NCBI GenBank assembly: GCA_000708835.1
Contig: DF237219.1
Location: forward strand, 53,307-117,306
Source of the DNA: Klebsormidium nitens
Lineage: Eukaryota > Plantae > Klebsormidiophyceae
Direction: 5' to 3'
DNA: 64,000 nt
The notes beneath the pieces were generated by a model. That model ran no database searches and was not told where the DNA came from. It was given only the letters and a program-made list of their open reading frames with translations. The translations under genes and the position numbers were made by a program. The stretch's first letter is position 1. Each line of letters begins with the position of its first letter. Of this stretch, positions 36,905 to 50,297 are shown one piece after another.

Positions 36905-38163
36905 ATGGCTCGCCCAGCTTTGAAAGGTGTCCTTCAAGTGCTGAGGCAATGCCAGCATGCGCGCAATATGATCGTCAGTGGTGCAGCTCCAGGGACACAG
37001 GTAAGAAAAGCACCCCATTCGCTCCTTGGTTGGAAATTTTATCTTGCTCTTGGACCAAAGAGTAGCCAGATTGTCCTCGAAAGCGAAGGACCTATCGGTT
37101 GCAATCGATTCCACATTTTATCTCACAATCAAACGTACATAGATCTTACAAACACCCTTTGGAAGACAAACACCCTTTGGAAGGTGGTCGAGGATAGTCA
37201 CTGAAGTCACTCGTGACAAAGAAACCTCGCAAATGGTGAGCTCTGATGCAAGGGGTTTGGAGGCTCGGTGTCATTCTGATGACGGGGGACATACAGGAGT
37301 GTACCAATGCATGCTTCTTAAGGTTTCAAATGAAGAGATGTGTTCCTGTCACACGCGCAGGCAGTGTATGACGCCAGCACCCAGCATCTCCAGGCCATCT
37401 GCTCGACCAGTGCTTTTGTAAGCGTTGATGGGCAGCGAAGGGGCGTACAGGGGCCGAATCATACCGCCAAGTGGATGCAGGTAGGAGTCATAGAGCTGTA
37501 CACTGGCATTTCTTGCAATTGCTGCAGCTCCCGTCTGCACTGTTCTTGGGGAGCAGTCTCTGCTTTGTCCAACTCGTTCCACCATCGCCACTCCTATAAT
37601 GACATATTTGTCCTTGCATCTCTGTAGAGGAAAGACCAGAAGTCTCCACAAGAACTGATCAGCGAAGTCCCCCCTATCGAGATCCTTGGAGCGGTGGCAG
37701 CCTGCCAGGGGGGTAAGCTGCAGCACTGTGTACAATCTGTGCACTTCCATCTGGGCTTTTATCGTTCATCGGTTGACTGCTTGCTTCATTGAGGGAACTT
37801 TGTAAACACGGCGCTCTTGTTCCAAGAAAGGAGAGAACGGAAGCAAGGACTCCGCAATCTTTGTATCAGGCGTCCTTCACCCCTGACATCCAATCTATGA
37901 AAGGTTTCCACATCGTATAATAGGCTTGGATTGCTGACAATATCTCCCCATGGACTCTCATCTTTGTGCCAAAGACTTTGCTGATACTTGAGCAAGTGCT
38001 TCTGCAAGAATCCACGACTCGCTCGACATGATTTGCAGGCAAGGACGTTGCCCTCGGCCATCCTGTTGAGTACATCAAGCTAGATAGTCATGAACCTTCC
38101 GTCTGCAAATATTGTGGGTTGAGGTACATCATGAAGGAGGTAGGAGGTGCTTACGCCCATTGA
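36905..38163 (+). CDS. NDUFS6: NADH:ubiquinone oxidoreductase 13-kDa-A subunit (zf-CHCC), 4 exons
   Basis: Mitochondrial-presequence-like start, then NHTAKWMQ / KSPQELISEVPPIE...ACQGG / ALGHPVEYIKLDSHEPSVCKYCGLRY. Confidence 0.9.
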
Positions 38164-39410
38164 TGAGGAGCCACTGTTGTCAGTGTGGATCAATCTTTGA
38201 CCGGTTAAAATTGCATTGGGTATCAATTCGAGGAACGTGGTCATACAGCCAATACAAGCATCAAGCTCTTACGGTCATGGTCATTGCCAATGATGGCGAA
38301 GAGTTACAGTGGCGGTGGGGCCAACCGGAGGTGCAATTCTTGAACAAATTTTTTATCCGCTCAACAATGATAACCTGGTTGGTCAATCCAGGTAGATGTG
38401 TGCGTTGTACACAATACCAGTCAATATTGCATCATGCGTTTGAGCTAGCATGCATGAGCATTACAAATGGTAAAAATGCCCCATGCCTTTCAATCTAGCT
38501 TGCGCTCGCGGCTCCCTATTGATACGGGTCATGATCAAACGGCCAGATCGAAGGTGTTTCAACGCGGTGATCTTGCAGTCCACGTACTCGTATATCTTGC
38601 ATATGATAGATTGAAGTCAGGGGTACTTGATGGGCATGTGTGCATGCACATGCACGCGCTCTATCGCACTATCCAAGTTGATCTGATTGAGACGTACGGT
38701 CCAGTGGCATGCCAGCGATTCTAGTCCTCTGGCTCAGCCCTTGATTAAGATGCTATGAACCAGTCGTCCATAACGATTAATCAGGGCTTAAATCCGCTCG
38801 CAATTACCCTTTCAGACTGCTCAGTCATGCAGGCTGTGAGGAAGGCCACAGTGGTTCAAGGTTCGACCATGGAGTGCACTCAAACTGATCCGGAAGGTAC
38901 AATCGTCAAATGTACTAACAAGCCGACATTCATAGTTTATTGTCTCCCCTGCTATGATAATTTTTGCTGCACATCTACAAACACGTCCACCTCAGAACAC
39001 GCGCGTCGTGTCGTGCTCACATGCGTTTGTCAATGAATTACATACATTATTTCGAAACTGCATAGGAAGAGGTCAACTCCGTTTCTTTACTTTATTCAAC
39101 ATGAGTGCCTTATGAAGGAAGCTTGCTGAGTTCACGAGTTGCTCGTCAAGTCGTGACACTTGACGCCCCGAGAGGCCTGCAGGTATTTACGGTTGTTTAT
39201 TGTCGGTTTGACCATACCACCAGTTGTACCAACCTGACGGACTGGCGGGACACGAAGCAACTCAAGCGGAAGTGCCACAGAGCCAACATGTCGGGCTTCA
39301 TCAGATCGAATCATGGTCTCCAACTTCAGACTCTGGATGGCAAATGTCCGAGCTACAAGCTGTTCACTGTTAATGCTGATGTCCGGGCCGCACGTGGTCG
39401 CATGGCCGCC

Positions 39411-42400
39411 TCACGTTGCGCCCGGCGCATGGCTGTTGAGCTCGAGGTGCACGTCCGCTTCCGCCACGTCGGCCAGGCTGCGCTCCAGGTCGGCCTCCAA
39501 TTGCCGCCCCAGGCGGGCAGCAGCCCTGCGGCACAGCGGCAGAGGGGCGGACACTCGCACACCAGCAGCACGCAGCAGGGGGGCACCCCGACGGCAAACA
39601 CAAGCGGGGGTTCGCCAAGCAACAAACAGCGAGTAACGCTCCAAGACAACAACAACTGTTCGTGTCGCAGGGTTGCCAACAGGGGTTCTGCGGCTCACTC
39701 GACGGTCATGGCAGGGTCCACCTGGATGGTGATCCGCGCGATGGTCCCCCGCTCCAGAAAGTGACACGTCACGTGCGTCACGGCGACCACCTGCACGACG
39801 GACACGGGAGGCTCGACCAAAAAGAGATGGCAACAGGGCCACGCAACGCGTCTCTCCACACGTCCGGGCAAGCGCGGGGGAAGACAGCTTGCTCCTCACC
39901 GCCAGGGAAAAGCAGTCAAACAACGGACGCCGGGAATGGTCATTCGCACTCCTCCTGCAATGCCTGCATCTGCTGCATTCCAGATTGGCCCAAGCTCATC
40001 ACCCCACGCTCTTCAGACTGTCCCCGTCTCCCCGGACATAAGTGCCCGCCCCACTACCCCTGCAGGCAAGCGTGATCCCCCTGCCTCTTTCCAATCCGCG
40101 CCGCTGAGCGTCCTCACCTCCGGAAAGCTGCTGCTGACGCGCTCCCGGATCTGCGCTTCCACGTCGGACTGCAGCGGCAGCTGCTCGCGGTGGCGATTCA
40201 GCCCGTCCTCCTGCTCGCGCACAGCCTGGTGGGCGTGCGCGTTCTCCCGCCCCGCCACACTTTCCACATGGGCCTCGTTCCAGTCGGGGCCAGCTCCGTT
40301 GCCACTGCTCCTCGCACTCGAGGCTCGATGTGGGGGGAGCTCGTCGTCGTGAGCAGCATCATCGGGCTCTGGGCAGAGACGGGGGGGAGACTGTTGACGA
40401 CAACATCTTCGCCAGGCATTAGGTGCCACCAACATGAATTGCATTTTTCGATCCTTGTGCCGAGGCACGTGCCTGTCTTTCCGATGAAAGGTCGTGGAAC
40501 TCCCCGTGGGGCTTCGTTGCATGGCGGGGGACAGTGCACGGGCCTCTCACCCACATGTACGATGACGTCGACGAGAGAGGGGTTCTTGCGCAGCAGGGCC
40601 AGCCGGACCACCTCCGCGACGTTGTGTGCGGCGCTCACGCTCAAGAAGGGAGCCACCTGAAAGCACAGCGGGAGCCATCAGTAGACCACACCAAGGCGAC
40701 GAACCTCACGGCAACCGTGGAGGAGTTGATTGGCGAGTATAAGGAGGCAGGATAATGCACGTAACCCACGCTGGCCCGACACGTGCGTGCTTACATCGAT
40801 GGTCAGGTCTCCCACGATGTTGGACCCCATCTTGCGGGCCCGGACTCGATGACAGCCCTGCACGCAGGCAGCAGTCCCGCCGTCAAGCAAAAGCCCGGGA
40901 GGACGTGGGCGATCATGAACGACAGATCGAGGCGCGATTCGCGGCACAAAGGCGAAGATCCGTTTTCGGTGGTGGATTCGTTGCGACCCCCAACAGCCGC
41001 ACTTATACAGAGGCGCCACTTGACCGGTGTGGCTGGCCCGGCCCTGACCTTGACCTCGGGCACCGCCATGGCCGTGTCCCGCAGCGACGTCAGGACGGGG
41101 TCCGGCACTGACGCGTCCACCAGCTCCTTCACGCTGCGCACCACACAGGGGCACATCAACCCCGTCACAGACCGTCGACGACGTCAAAGAGGTACTCGCG
41201 GCCCGGGAGAGGTGACACAATCAAAAATATGCACAGCGCGCCTTAGCTGCGAACAGGACTCGAAACGGGGCCAAACCGGAGCATTGAGCTGCGATATTGG
41301 CTGACGAACGGGAGCCAGACCCCGATCCCAGGCTGGCCAACTTGCTGCGAGCAGGAACCGGCGTTACGAAAAACGGCTCCAATCTGCGGGAACCGATTCC
41401 TGTTCCCTTAGAAGCGCCCTCGAAATGGGGCCTTGCTCCAAGCCTTCGCCACAAATTTGAACTAAGAAGCTCCTATCTGGCCCCGATCCGGCTACGATTC
41501 GACCAAGGCGCTCTGTGATGTGCACCAAGAAGAGTCCAGGCTACCGAAGCCCATGTGGGCGGTAGAAGAAGCGGGCGGCAGTAGAAGGCCGGTGCGCGCA
41601 CCTGTTGGTGGAGATGTCGAGGCCGGCTTTGACGATCATGCCCGCCAGCAGCATCCCCGCCACCGGGTCCAGCCAGGGGACACCCAGGTACGCACCCCCT
41701 GCGCAAGTGAACACGCACGCGGGTGAGCGACGGCCGCTGCAACAGGATAGAGCGGTCCGTCAACAACCGACGGAGCAGGCTTCGAGGTCACCATGACGCT
41801 CTATCACTTGGAGTATTGAGTAATCCTTGTAGTGGCTCAGTGCAAATCGTTTCTTTGATGAGTACGGCGTACAGAGACGGAGTGCGGTTGTTCAATTCCA
41901 TAAGGAACCAGAGCGCCAAAGCGACCACGGAGGACATGTCTCGCAAGAATGGCGCTCGAGGTGGCAGGCTGCTGCTTGCGCGCGTCTCACCGACGCCCAC
42001 GAGGGCCACCAGGGAGGAGAGCGCGTCGGAACGGTGGTGCCACGCGTTGGCCATCAGCAGCTGGCTGCCCGTCTGCTCCCCCACCGCCTTGGTGCGCCAG
42101 TACAGCCTGCGCGAGAAAGGGGGGAGAGGCGTGACAAGAAGGACCGAAAACTTAATTGAGCTGGCACAGCTTCTGGAGTCAAAGTGTTGACTCCAGCCAT
42201 TGAGACTGTTGTCTTTTTGGGACTGTTCTGATCGAAGATTCGAATAGAAGAAGTAGCTTCGAGGACCCCAGTCAGAGGATCGAACCTTCGCCCCGAAACC
42301 AAAGAGGACAAGTCTCCTGCTGAAAGAGTTCCTACCCTTCTTTGACACCAATGGAGAGCAGCGCTGCTGCGAGTGCCACCCCCAGGTTGCCCGTGTCAAT

Positions 42401-44043
42401 GGCATGGGAGTGTCCCCCATGGTCATGTCCCGACGTCACGGCTGCCTGCGCTGCGCTCAGCGCGTCAGGAAGAGACGAGGCAGCCAGGGCCAAGGCGGGG
42501 CCCATCGCGGCCTGCAGCACACGCCACCGCTCAGAGTCCCTCACCAACAGCTGTAGACGAATCTAGACTCCGACTTGTGCAAACCACTCGAAAGAAGTGC
42601 TTGTGTTCTCGAGCAGGCGGCTGAGGCAGTCATGCTTCCACAGCGAGCCCACCTGTGTTCACTTGGACGGAATCACATTCGACAAGCTTAGCATCTCCTC
42701 TACAATCCTACCTGAAGGACCTACCTGAAGAGCTTCTAGGGCATTCCACGCAATGCCGGCCCCAGTCGCAATGAGCAACACCGAGACTCCAAACGCTCCA
42801 AGGGACTCGTACTTGCCATGGCCTGCACAGAAAGACAACCAGACGCCCTCAGATCGAAGAAGGAGATCTGCCTTGTGCACCTACATTGTATGAAGTATGA
42901 TACACAACCAGAGAGACATAACATTCTATGGTAAGGGCCCGAAGATCTACAGTAAGCAGAACCCCCGACGAAACCATGATGAGGCCCACGCAGGGAACAA
43001 CTCTGAAGCTGCAGTGAAAAAGCAAAGCAGAAGCTGCAACAGACCTGATGCCCAAAAGTGCCATCACGAAGACTTTGTGGCAGAGTTTTCAAGGCCCTCC
43101 AACCGGACCACCCCTGCAAGTGGATCTTATAAGCCACAGCGCGCGTAACACGGTCTACAGTAACTCACCATAGGGGTGCTCTTTGTCCTTGGGCACGGCT
43201 GCGGCGCGCACCGACCACCAGCTGACGCCGCTCAGCGCAATGTCGGAGAAGGAGTGAGCAGCGTCCGCCAGCATGGCCGTGGAGCCAGAGATGTAGCCCG
43301 CACCCGCCTGGCCACACAGAGAATGGGAAGGGGCAGCTCAGGTGGGCATTGGGGGTCAGGATCTTATCAATAGGAGGGGATCTAAGGAAGCTGAAAGACC
43401 TGAGTATGATAAATAAGGCCCAACTTAGCCTCAATGTGCGCATCATGAGAGTTAGCCCAAAGCAGAGCCAATGTGGAGGCCAATGTGGAGAACTGCCGCT
43501 TGCCTTGCCGATGGTCAGCCCAATGTCGCTCCAAAAGCCCAGGCGCACGACCTTCTCCCCCTCGGAGGTCACCGGCTCATGCGCTGCGTGGTCATGGCTG
43601 TGGCCCATGTGGGTGCGCACCCTGCCCACCGACGGCCACCCTGGTGCCTTCGGGAACATCGTACTGGGCGCTCCTTGAAATGCTGTCCCACTCCGCGCCT
43701 GGCCCCCCCCGGACCCTACAATCTCGTCGTCGCGCTGCACCACCCCCCGGTGCGCCCCAATGAGTGGCAAGGGCGATGACCTGGAGTGGTATGCGTGTTG
43801 CCTCCAATCCTGCCCGGCTGCCCGCCCAGCATGCACCCAATGCTGCCCCGCTGCTGGGGCCGGCCTGGCCGCCATGCGTGGAACCCCAGCGATGGGCGCC
43901 GCCGGGTCACAGTCTGTCTCCCCATCGTTAGAAGCGGGCCGGGCAAGAATGTGGACGTTGTCAAGGCCAGGGCCACTGAGCAGGAAGCAGCGGATGTAGC
44001 GACCCGGTAGCAGGAAGGAAGGCCGGAGAAACGCCATTGGCAT
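39411..44043 (-). CDS. Cation diffusion facilitator / metal tolerance protein (MTP6/Mmt-like Fe/Zn-CDF clade inferred), more than 10 exons
   Basis: GSTAMLADAAHSFSD, HPYGHGKYESLGA, His-rich GHDHGGHSH, LMANAWHHRSDALSS, WLDPVAG, RARKMGS..GDLTI and AHNVAE.VR...VDVIVHV, followed by a second C-terminal domain ending DVAEADVHLEL. Confidence 0.9.
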
Positions 44044-44104
44044 TCGAATAGGTGGGCAGCTAATCCTGGTCTAGTAGTATCATCCTAAGAAACTCAGAGC
44101 TGGA

Positions 44105-44122
44105 GCTGCTGCTGCTGCTGCT
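44105..44122. repeat. (GCT)6 microsatellite upstream of the MTP start codon
   Basis: Read directly: gctgctgctgctgctgct. Confidence 0.9.
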
Positions 44123-45230
44123 TTAAACTATTTTCATCTTTCAAACCCGAAGCTGGATCAGTAACGAACACATCCTATGGCCTACCCTGAGCGGAGCAAT
44201 GTCATGCAGAGCAGCACACCGATCATGCATGAGTTCCGGTCAGGAATCATGGAGAACTCCAGTTTAGGACCTAGGACCTAGCCAACAGAAGTTGGGAAAG
44301 CTGCACATGGGATACAAAAGATGTCTGATGCGCGACTCATTGACATTGTTTTGGGTGTTTCATGCAAAAGGTGCCTTTTGATGAGACACCACGAGTCATC
44401 GTGGCCGTCAAAAAGGTCAGAAGCTGGAGCCTGGATTCTCCTTTACAAGACATGATGTAAGCCGTCCGATCTTGCACTTCGACCCGTCGATTGCCGACCA
44501 TAGGGATCACACATTGACACTTGTCAAGAGCATGTTAATTATTGTCAGTTTGTCAGCCGTCGATTGAAGGGCTTGGCCAACTATTAACAGTCGCTTGAAC
44601 TATATTTCGAGTCACCGGGGAACTCAATTTAAAACCCCTAACCCAGAAAATGACGCGCTCCACACCCGAAACCCAACCTAACCACCATGCCAACCCCACC
44701 CGTCTCCCGGGCACCTACTCTAGTTCAAGCGCCTGTTATTATTCAAGCGAACGTTGCCAAAAGTCCCATGGCAAGTCTTGGCAAGGCAACTCAATGACAC
44801 TGACAGCATTGTGCAGCATCAGCTGGACCTTGCAACTTGCAAGCGAGTTGGCATTCCGAGGTTGGTATTGGGTTTCTGCCCTGGCCCTGGGGCGGCATTT
44901 GCATCAACACTGATGTCAACAGCTCTAGTTGGGGACTGGTGAGGCGGCCGCCCCTGCATAGCTTGAGCTGGTTTGAGCATATAGGCGGGTTCACGGGGAG
45001 AACAAGGGCGCTCCTTCTAAAGTTTAGTGGTTTGGGCCTAAGAGAAGTACAAAGTATTCAGAATTGTTAGTGTTGGTTCCTCGCATATTGGTCCCAGCTG
45101 TTCTGCGGTGGGATGTGGTAGTACATGTCAACAGAATGAAAGTCTGATCTGCTGGTACTAAGTTACGGTGAGGAGGATTTAGTCCTTGAGTATCATACTT
45201 CAAACCTGGGCATTCTGTTCTGGGCCGGCC

Positions 45231-47384
45231 ATGACGTCCCTGAAGGCCTGGAGGCAGCTCTACCGCGCCGTCTCCTCTCGCGTCGGTCCGGCCTCCCGTG
45301 AGTGGAGGTCCGCAAGGGGTGACAATCAGGTGGCACGGCACTACTGTCCCCAGGCGTTTCCTGGCTTGTTAGCAGCCACTAATGCGGCCTTCAGTACGGT
45401 GCAAGATTGCAGTCTTGCAAACCCCAGGGGTGGGGCGCGCACCGGCTCAATTGTTCCCCTCCTGGGGCTAGCTGCCGCGGCTGCCAGCTTGTACGCGAGC
45501 GCCGCAAGCATGGAGGCGGAGAATCTGCGGGAGGAGGCTGACGCCCAGGACAGGGGCGGCTGCTCGCCGTCTGATGCACCACCCCTCGAATCAGCTGAGG
45601 CACTCGCTGAGAAGTTCACTGGGATCCAATTCCCTCTGCAAGTGCGGATGTCAAAGAAGTGTGGAGAAGGCGGTCAACAGTATCACCTCTTAGGGACGGC
45701 AGTCAGGTAATGAATCACTGTCTACCTTTTCAGATATAACCGTCTCGACCATCGGAGTCATTTCTAACAATGCTTTCAGATTCAGTTGTACTTTAAGGCC
45801 ATTCCGCCTTTCTTCTTCATGTCTCCTTACAGCAGACTGTGAGTCCGAAAGAAAAGCATCTTGTCATGTAGTCAAGTCATGTCCAAATTCAAGACAGAAG
45901 CTCTTTTCGGTCCATCCGAACTGAGGCTGTCAAGCGGCGAATGACATAGAAATGTGTGTAAAACTTTGCTGCTCTCATTCTCGTAGGTGCATGCTTGGGG
46001 CCTGTTCTTACAAGTACGCACGGGCGTATGCGGTGGGCGTATACATTGAGGTGAGTAGAAAGCTGCAAAGCTCGGCGGCGGTGCCTGAGGAGTGCTGTCT
46101 GACTTCTCCAACGTGCATCATTGAGAAGCCATTTTGCACCGGTAGATACCTTAGAGATGACAGGTGATCCAGAGCTTCCCTGTACTTGGGGTCATCTCCT
46201 CCTTGCTGCGTTTGTTCAGGAGGGGCAGGAGGCACGGCGGTGGCTGCCCGGGAACGGCGCAGGTCCGGCCACCACGGAGGCCCTGCGGAGAGAGCTGCTG
46301 GCGGCGGTGGGGGCGGGGCGGATGCTGCGGCTGGTCATGGACAGGGACGTGGACGGGCACCACATCGCCAAGGTACAGCCACGCAGCAAAGCCAGGCAGA
46401 CAGAACGAGAGCCCGCGGTACTGGAAATCCGGTTAAACCTGTTTCAGATGGTCGAGAGGAATGCGTGCAAGGTGCCCGCAGAATTGACTGGTGTCGGCGA
46501 ACAGACTGAACATCAGTAACGTCTCTCTGGTTGTAACATGCAGGGCTTTGATCGCTCCTTGATTCCGCGTGTTCGAGAAAGGCAAGGGGGTTTCAAGAAA
46601 GGGGACGGGAAGAATGCGGTGAGAAACTCAATGTCCCTTCTGAGTCTGGCTCCTGTTAGGTAGATGCTCCCAAGGCTTTGTCAGACTGCTTCAACACTAG
46701 CGCATTGTCATTGAAGTTCAGGTCTTGGTTGATTGTCCACTACGATGTACAGAGCATGTTCCTGCTGACCGAGCCGTACTAATGATGCCAATGCACGATG
46801 CAGCTGAAGCAGTTTACGAAGGTTTTCTATAGCGAGAAAATCCTGAAGAAGGGCACGAAAGTAGAACTGGTAAGCATCCCTCGCCCTATGTGCCCTTTCC
46901 TCGACTGCTGTCATACATTAGTCGGGGCTCCGATCTGTTGATGACCTGGATATCAACAATCTCACGTCTGAAAGCATGGTGGTCCATTCTGTAAGATTTC
47001 AGAGGCCGCTCACATCGCCCTGGTGGGGTTATACAGTTATGGCGACCTGACAACTCCCTGGTGACAAGCATCGATGGCAGGTAGGGACTCTGGTCCTTGG
47101 ACCGACGAGGCACCTTGTTGTGTCTGCCAACATTGTTCATGTTGCTATATCTTCTCGTTTGAGTTGAAGTTGTGCCTTAAATAAAATATGGGTATGTGTA
47201 TCGATGCTACATGCAATACATGTTAACCCATGAACGCCTGGCTGTTTGCAGGGTAGCGAGCGTGATCTATAGCCCAATCCTGTGTCAATCGTTGTTTGAC
47301 GTGTACTTTGGCTCAGACAACATCTTCAGTAAATACAACAATACAGCCTTTCAATTCTTAGGACAGTACGAAGACCGACCATGA
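45231..47384 (+). CDS. Chalcone-isomerase-fold protein (FAP / Aim18-Aim46-like), probably mitochondrial
   Basis: Arg/Ser-rich presequence, then EKFTGIQFP, LLGTAVR.M, YAVGVYIE, MLRLVMDRDVDG, GFDRSL, KKGTKVEL, DNSLVTSIDG and SPILCQSLFDVYFGSD, the typical CHI-fold motif order. Confidence 0.75.
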
Positions 47385-47531
47385 AGGACTTCCTCGAACA
47401 CCGCGTAGTCCAATGGATCACGAGGCATACTATGCACACGTACCATAATACAAGCTGCCTTTGCAACTCACCATCCTGTTCCACTCTCGAGAGCCGGATC
47501 GTGCACTCTGTATATACTCGACTTCAGATGC

Positions 47532-49271
47532 TCAGAATTTCTCCAAATAGGGTCTCACATCCAGCTCGTGAGTCCACACCGTTTTGTCTTGGACGTGAAG
47601 CTGCCAGTATTGCTCAGCCAGAGCATCCGAGTCGAGGAATGAGTCAGGAGCTCTACTGGGGCTGGCATACCTGCACACCACAATCAGGACACATTAAGTC
47701 AAAGGCCTTAGTAAGAACCGACTTCAATTGAGGTTGATCCATCCACACCGACAGCTTCAGAGCAGACAAAGACCGGACGTACTGTACCCCCGCATGTAAC
47801 TCTCAAGACCATTGAAACTGACTGCGGAAATGGCAGTTTGAGCATAGCTGGAACAAATCTTGACTCAAGCCGTTTTCGTCGGAGAAACGAAACCAGCCAC
47901 CTCACCTTTCGCTTCTGATCTGTCCATCCACGATGACGTGTGCCACGTGGATGCCTTGCGGGTGGAATTCTCTGGCCAGCGACTGCCCTAATGCGCGGAG
48001 GGCGAACTTGCCAACAGCTGTCCAAAGAACACGCATCCTGATTCAGATTGAAAAGCCTTTGCATGCTCATGTCGAAGTCGAAGCAACAGGGCCGAGGGTT
48101 GGGTTGGTGCCCGTTTGGACAACACCGGAGTGCACGCATGCTGACATGAATGTCTACAACGGACAACTGCGCAAACCAATGTGTGGACAAAGCAGGAGAA
48201 GCGAACACACAGGCAGCCCTCTCGGACTACAAGTCCCGGGGGTCGAACTGATAGAGCATGTTTGCTTCGCTCGCTTAACAGAACATGGCGCCTGTGTGCA
48301 CAATGATTGCTGGTCTAGATTCTGAAGGCATAAGGACAGTTGGAAAGGTCAACCACACAGGCCAATTCATACATGCCCACTGCTCACTCGAGCAGAGCAA
48401 GGCGTGCCTACCAAGAGTGGCAAAACTTGCGCCTCCCCTCAAAGACGCAGTTGCCCCTGTGAGCAAGATGGTGCCGCTCTTCTTGTCTATCATGGCGGGA
48501 AGCACCTGCAGCACACAAGAAACAAGACGGGTGTCGTAGCCACCGAGGCTTGCAATGCAGAAATAGTCAGCAAGCCCAAGTTTTATCAAACACTGGCCCC
48601 CAATGAGCTTTGAAGGGATACCAGTCCCACAGCATGCTCGGAACATGATCAAGCCATAGGGCAAAAGCTCAAGCTTTGATATCAGAGGGCAAGCTCAATG
48701 ATCACTGAAACTTTTACCTCTTGCGCTGCGTAGAAGGCCCCTGTGGCTTGCGCCGCAATGGAGCCCTCAAAGTGCTCCGGAGTGATGTCCATGAACTTGG
48801 GGGGTGGCCAAGGAAAGGACGTGTTGGCATTGTACACCTGCTTCGGAAAGAAGAAAAAGCTCACTGTTTCCGCATGATGTATGCAAGGTATGCAGCTCGT
48901 TGCCTGATTATATCCGAGGAAGATATGAGAACAAATGAAGGACGAAGGGTCCTCGATAGATGCAGGCAATGGCCCAAGAGAATGGCGCAAACCTGTATTT
49001 GCCCCGGGAGCCTCACCAGGACGGAGGGATCCCCCAGCTTTTTTCTGACTGAGTCAAATGCGGCCTTGACCGAGTGTGCGTCGGTGACGTCCACCGCCAC
49101 CCCGGTCGCCTGGTGGCCGTCCTTCACAATCTGCTGCGCCAGCGCCTCCACCCGCTCCGCCGTGCGGCTCATCAGAGCCACATGGAACCCGCCAGCTGCA
49201 AAGCGCCGCGCCACAGCAAAGCCAAGCCCGGGGCCAGCGCCCACCACCACCGCAACTTGTGGGGCCGCCAT
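47532..49271 (-). CDS. Short-chain dehydrogenase/reductase (classical SDR), 5 exons
   Basis: VAVVVGAGPGLG, DVTD, VLVYNA, GTILLTGATASLRG, GKFALRALGQSLAREFHPQGIHVAHVIVDGQI and YWQLHVQDKTVWTHELDVRPYLEKF*. Confidence 0.9.
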
Positions 49272-50297
49272 GATGGGGCAACTGCTGCTGGCGACTACCA
49301 CCTATGCGATGGCCACCAGCTGCATCGATCGCTTGTCTGGACTCCTACGCTGCAATTGTGCTTTTGGGGGCTGCAGCTGCAGCTGCCACTGGCATCCGAA
49401 GCGAAGTCTAAAGGCGCCTCCTTTCCTGCTGTACGTGGAGACTGCCAGTGTGAGCCAAGAGATGATTTGATGGGCACATGCCACGTCCAGTGATCCACTG
49501 TGGAAGCTTCTGTGCAGTGCTCTGGTGCTGGACACCTTTCTGGCGGAGTCCGCTCAGCATCACGTACTTAACGGTAGGGCCTGGAAGCGCCCATGTGGGC
49601 CAAGTGCAACTTCGGAACCAATACAAAGTAAGTTACGAATCAGAATGAAGGGTGTCGGAAATTGGATCGCTCAGGACGCAATAAGCCGATAACCTTGTGA
49701 GAGGCGTGGGACATTGGCCTGGCGGCCAATGCCCTCCGCGACTGGAAGTACCCAACATTGATTCTCATCCAAGTATTACCCACAGCTAAAAGAGGCTATA
49801 TTATGTTATTGAGTAGGTTATATCCCAGCCTACCTACCTTGACGCCTGGCGTTTTCAAGAATGTTGGCCTTTCAAGCTATTACGTGGCTAAACCGTTCGA
49901 TCGGCCCGCGTGGCGCTCATCGCATCTTGGCTTTGCTCGCGTACAAATGACTACGTTATATTAATTAGTCCAACTGCAATGCTAGCGCGCAAATTGCCGC
50001 CGGGATGACGCTACACCCCGTCAGTGAAATCTGCCGTCCGATGAATCTCCACCGCACAAAATACTCTCGATGAATTCGGAATAGTGATAGTTTTAATTTG
50101 GAACTTCGTCGATGAATCTCGGAGCAGAAGATGGAGAACGCACCGCAGATATAATTTCCTTATCAGGGGGCTCTTAGTGACTCGCCTGGAGGAACCCTGC
50201 GATCTGATTGGTTGAGTGACGTAAGCTTAACGCCGTCGCCGAATTCCGACTAAACACCAGAATATCGCGGCTGGGCTGGTGTTAATAATAAGGACCG

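Noticed and set aside
44628-44700. Telomere-like CCCTAA/AACCC motifs
   Set aside because: Only isolated degenerate units, with no tandem tract.
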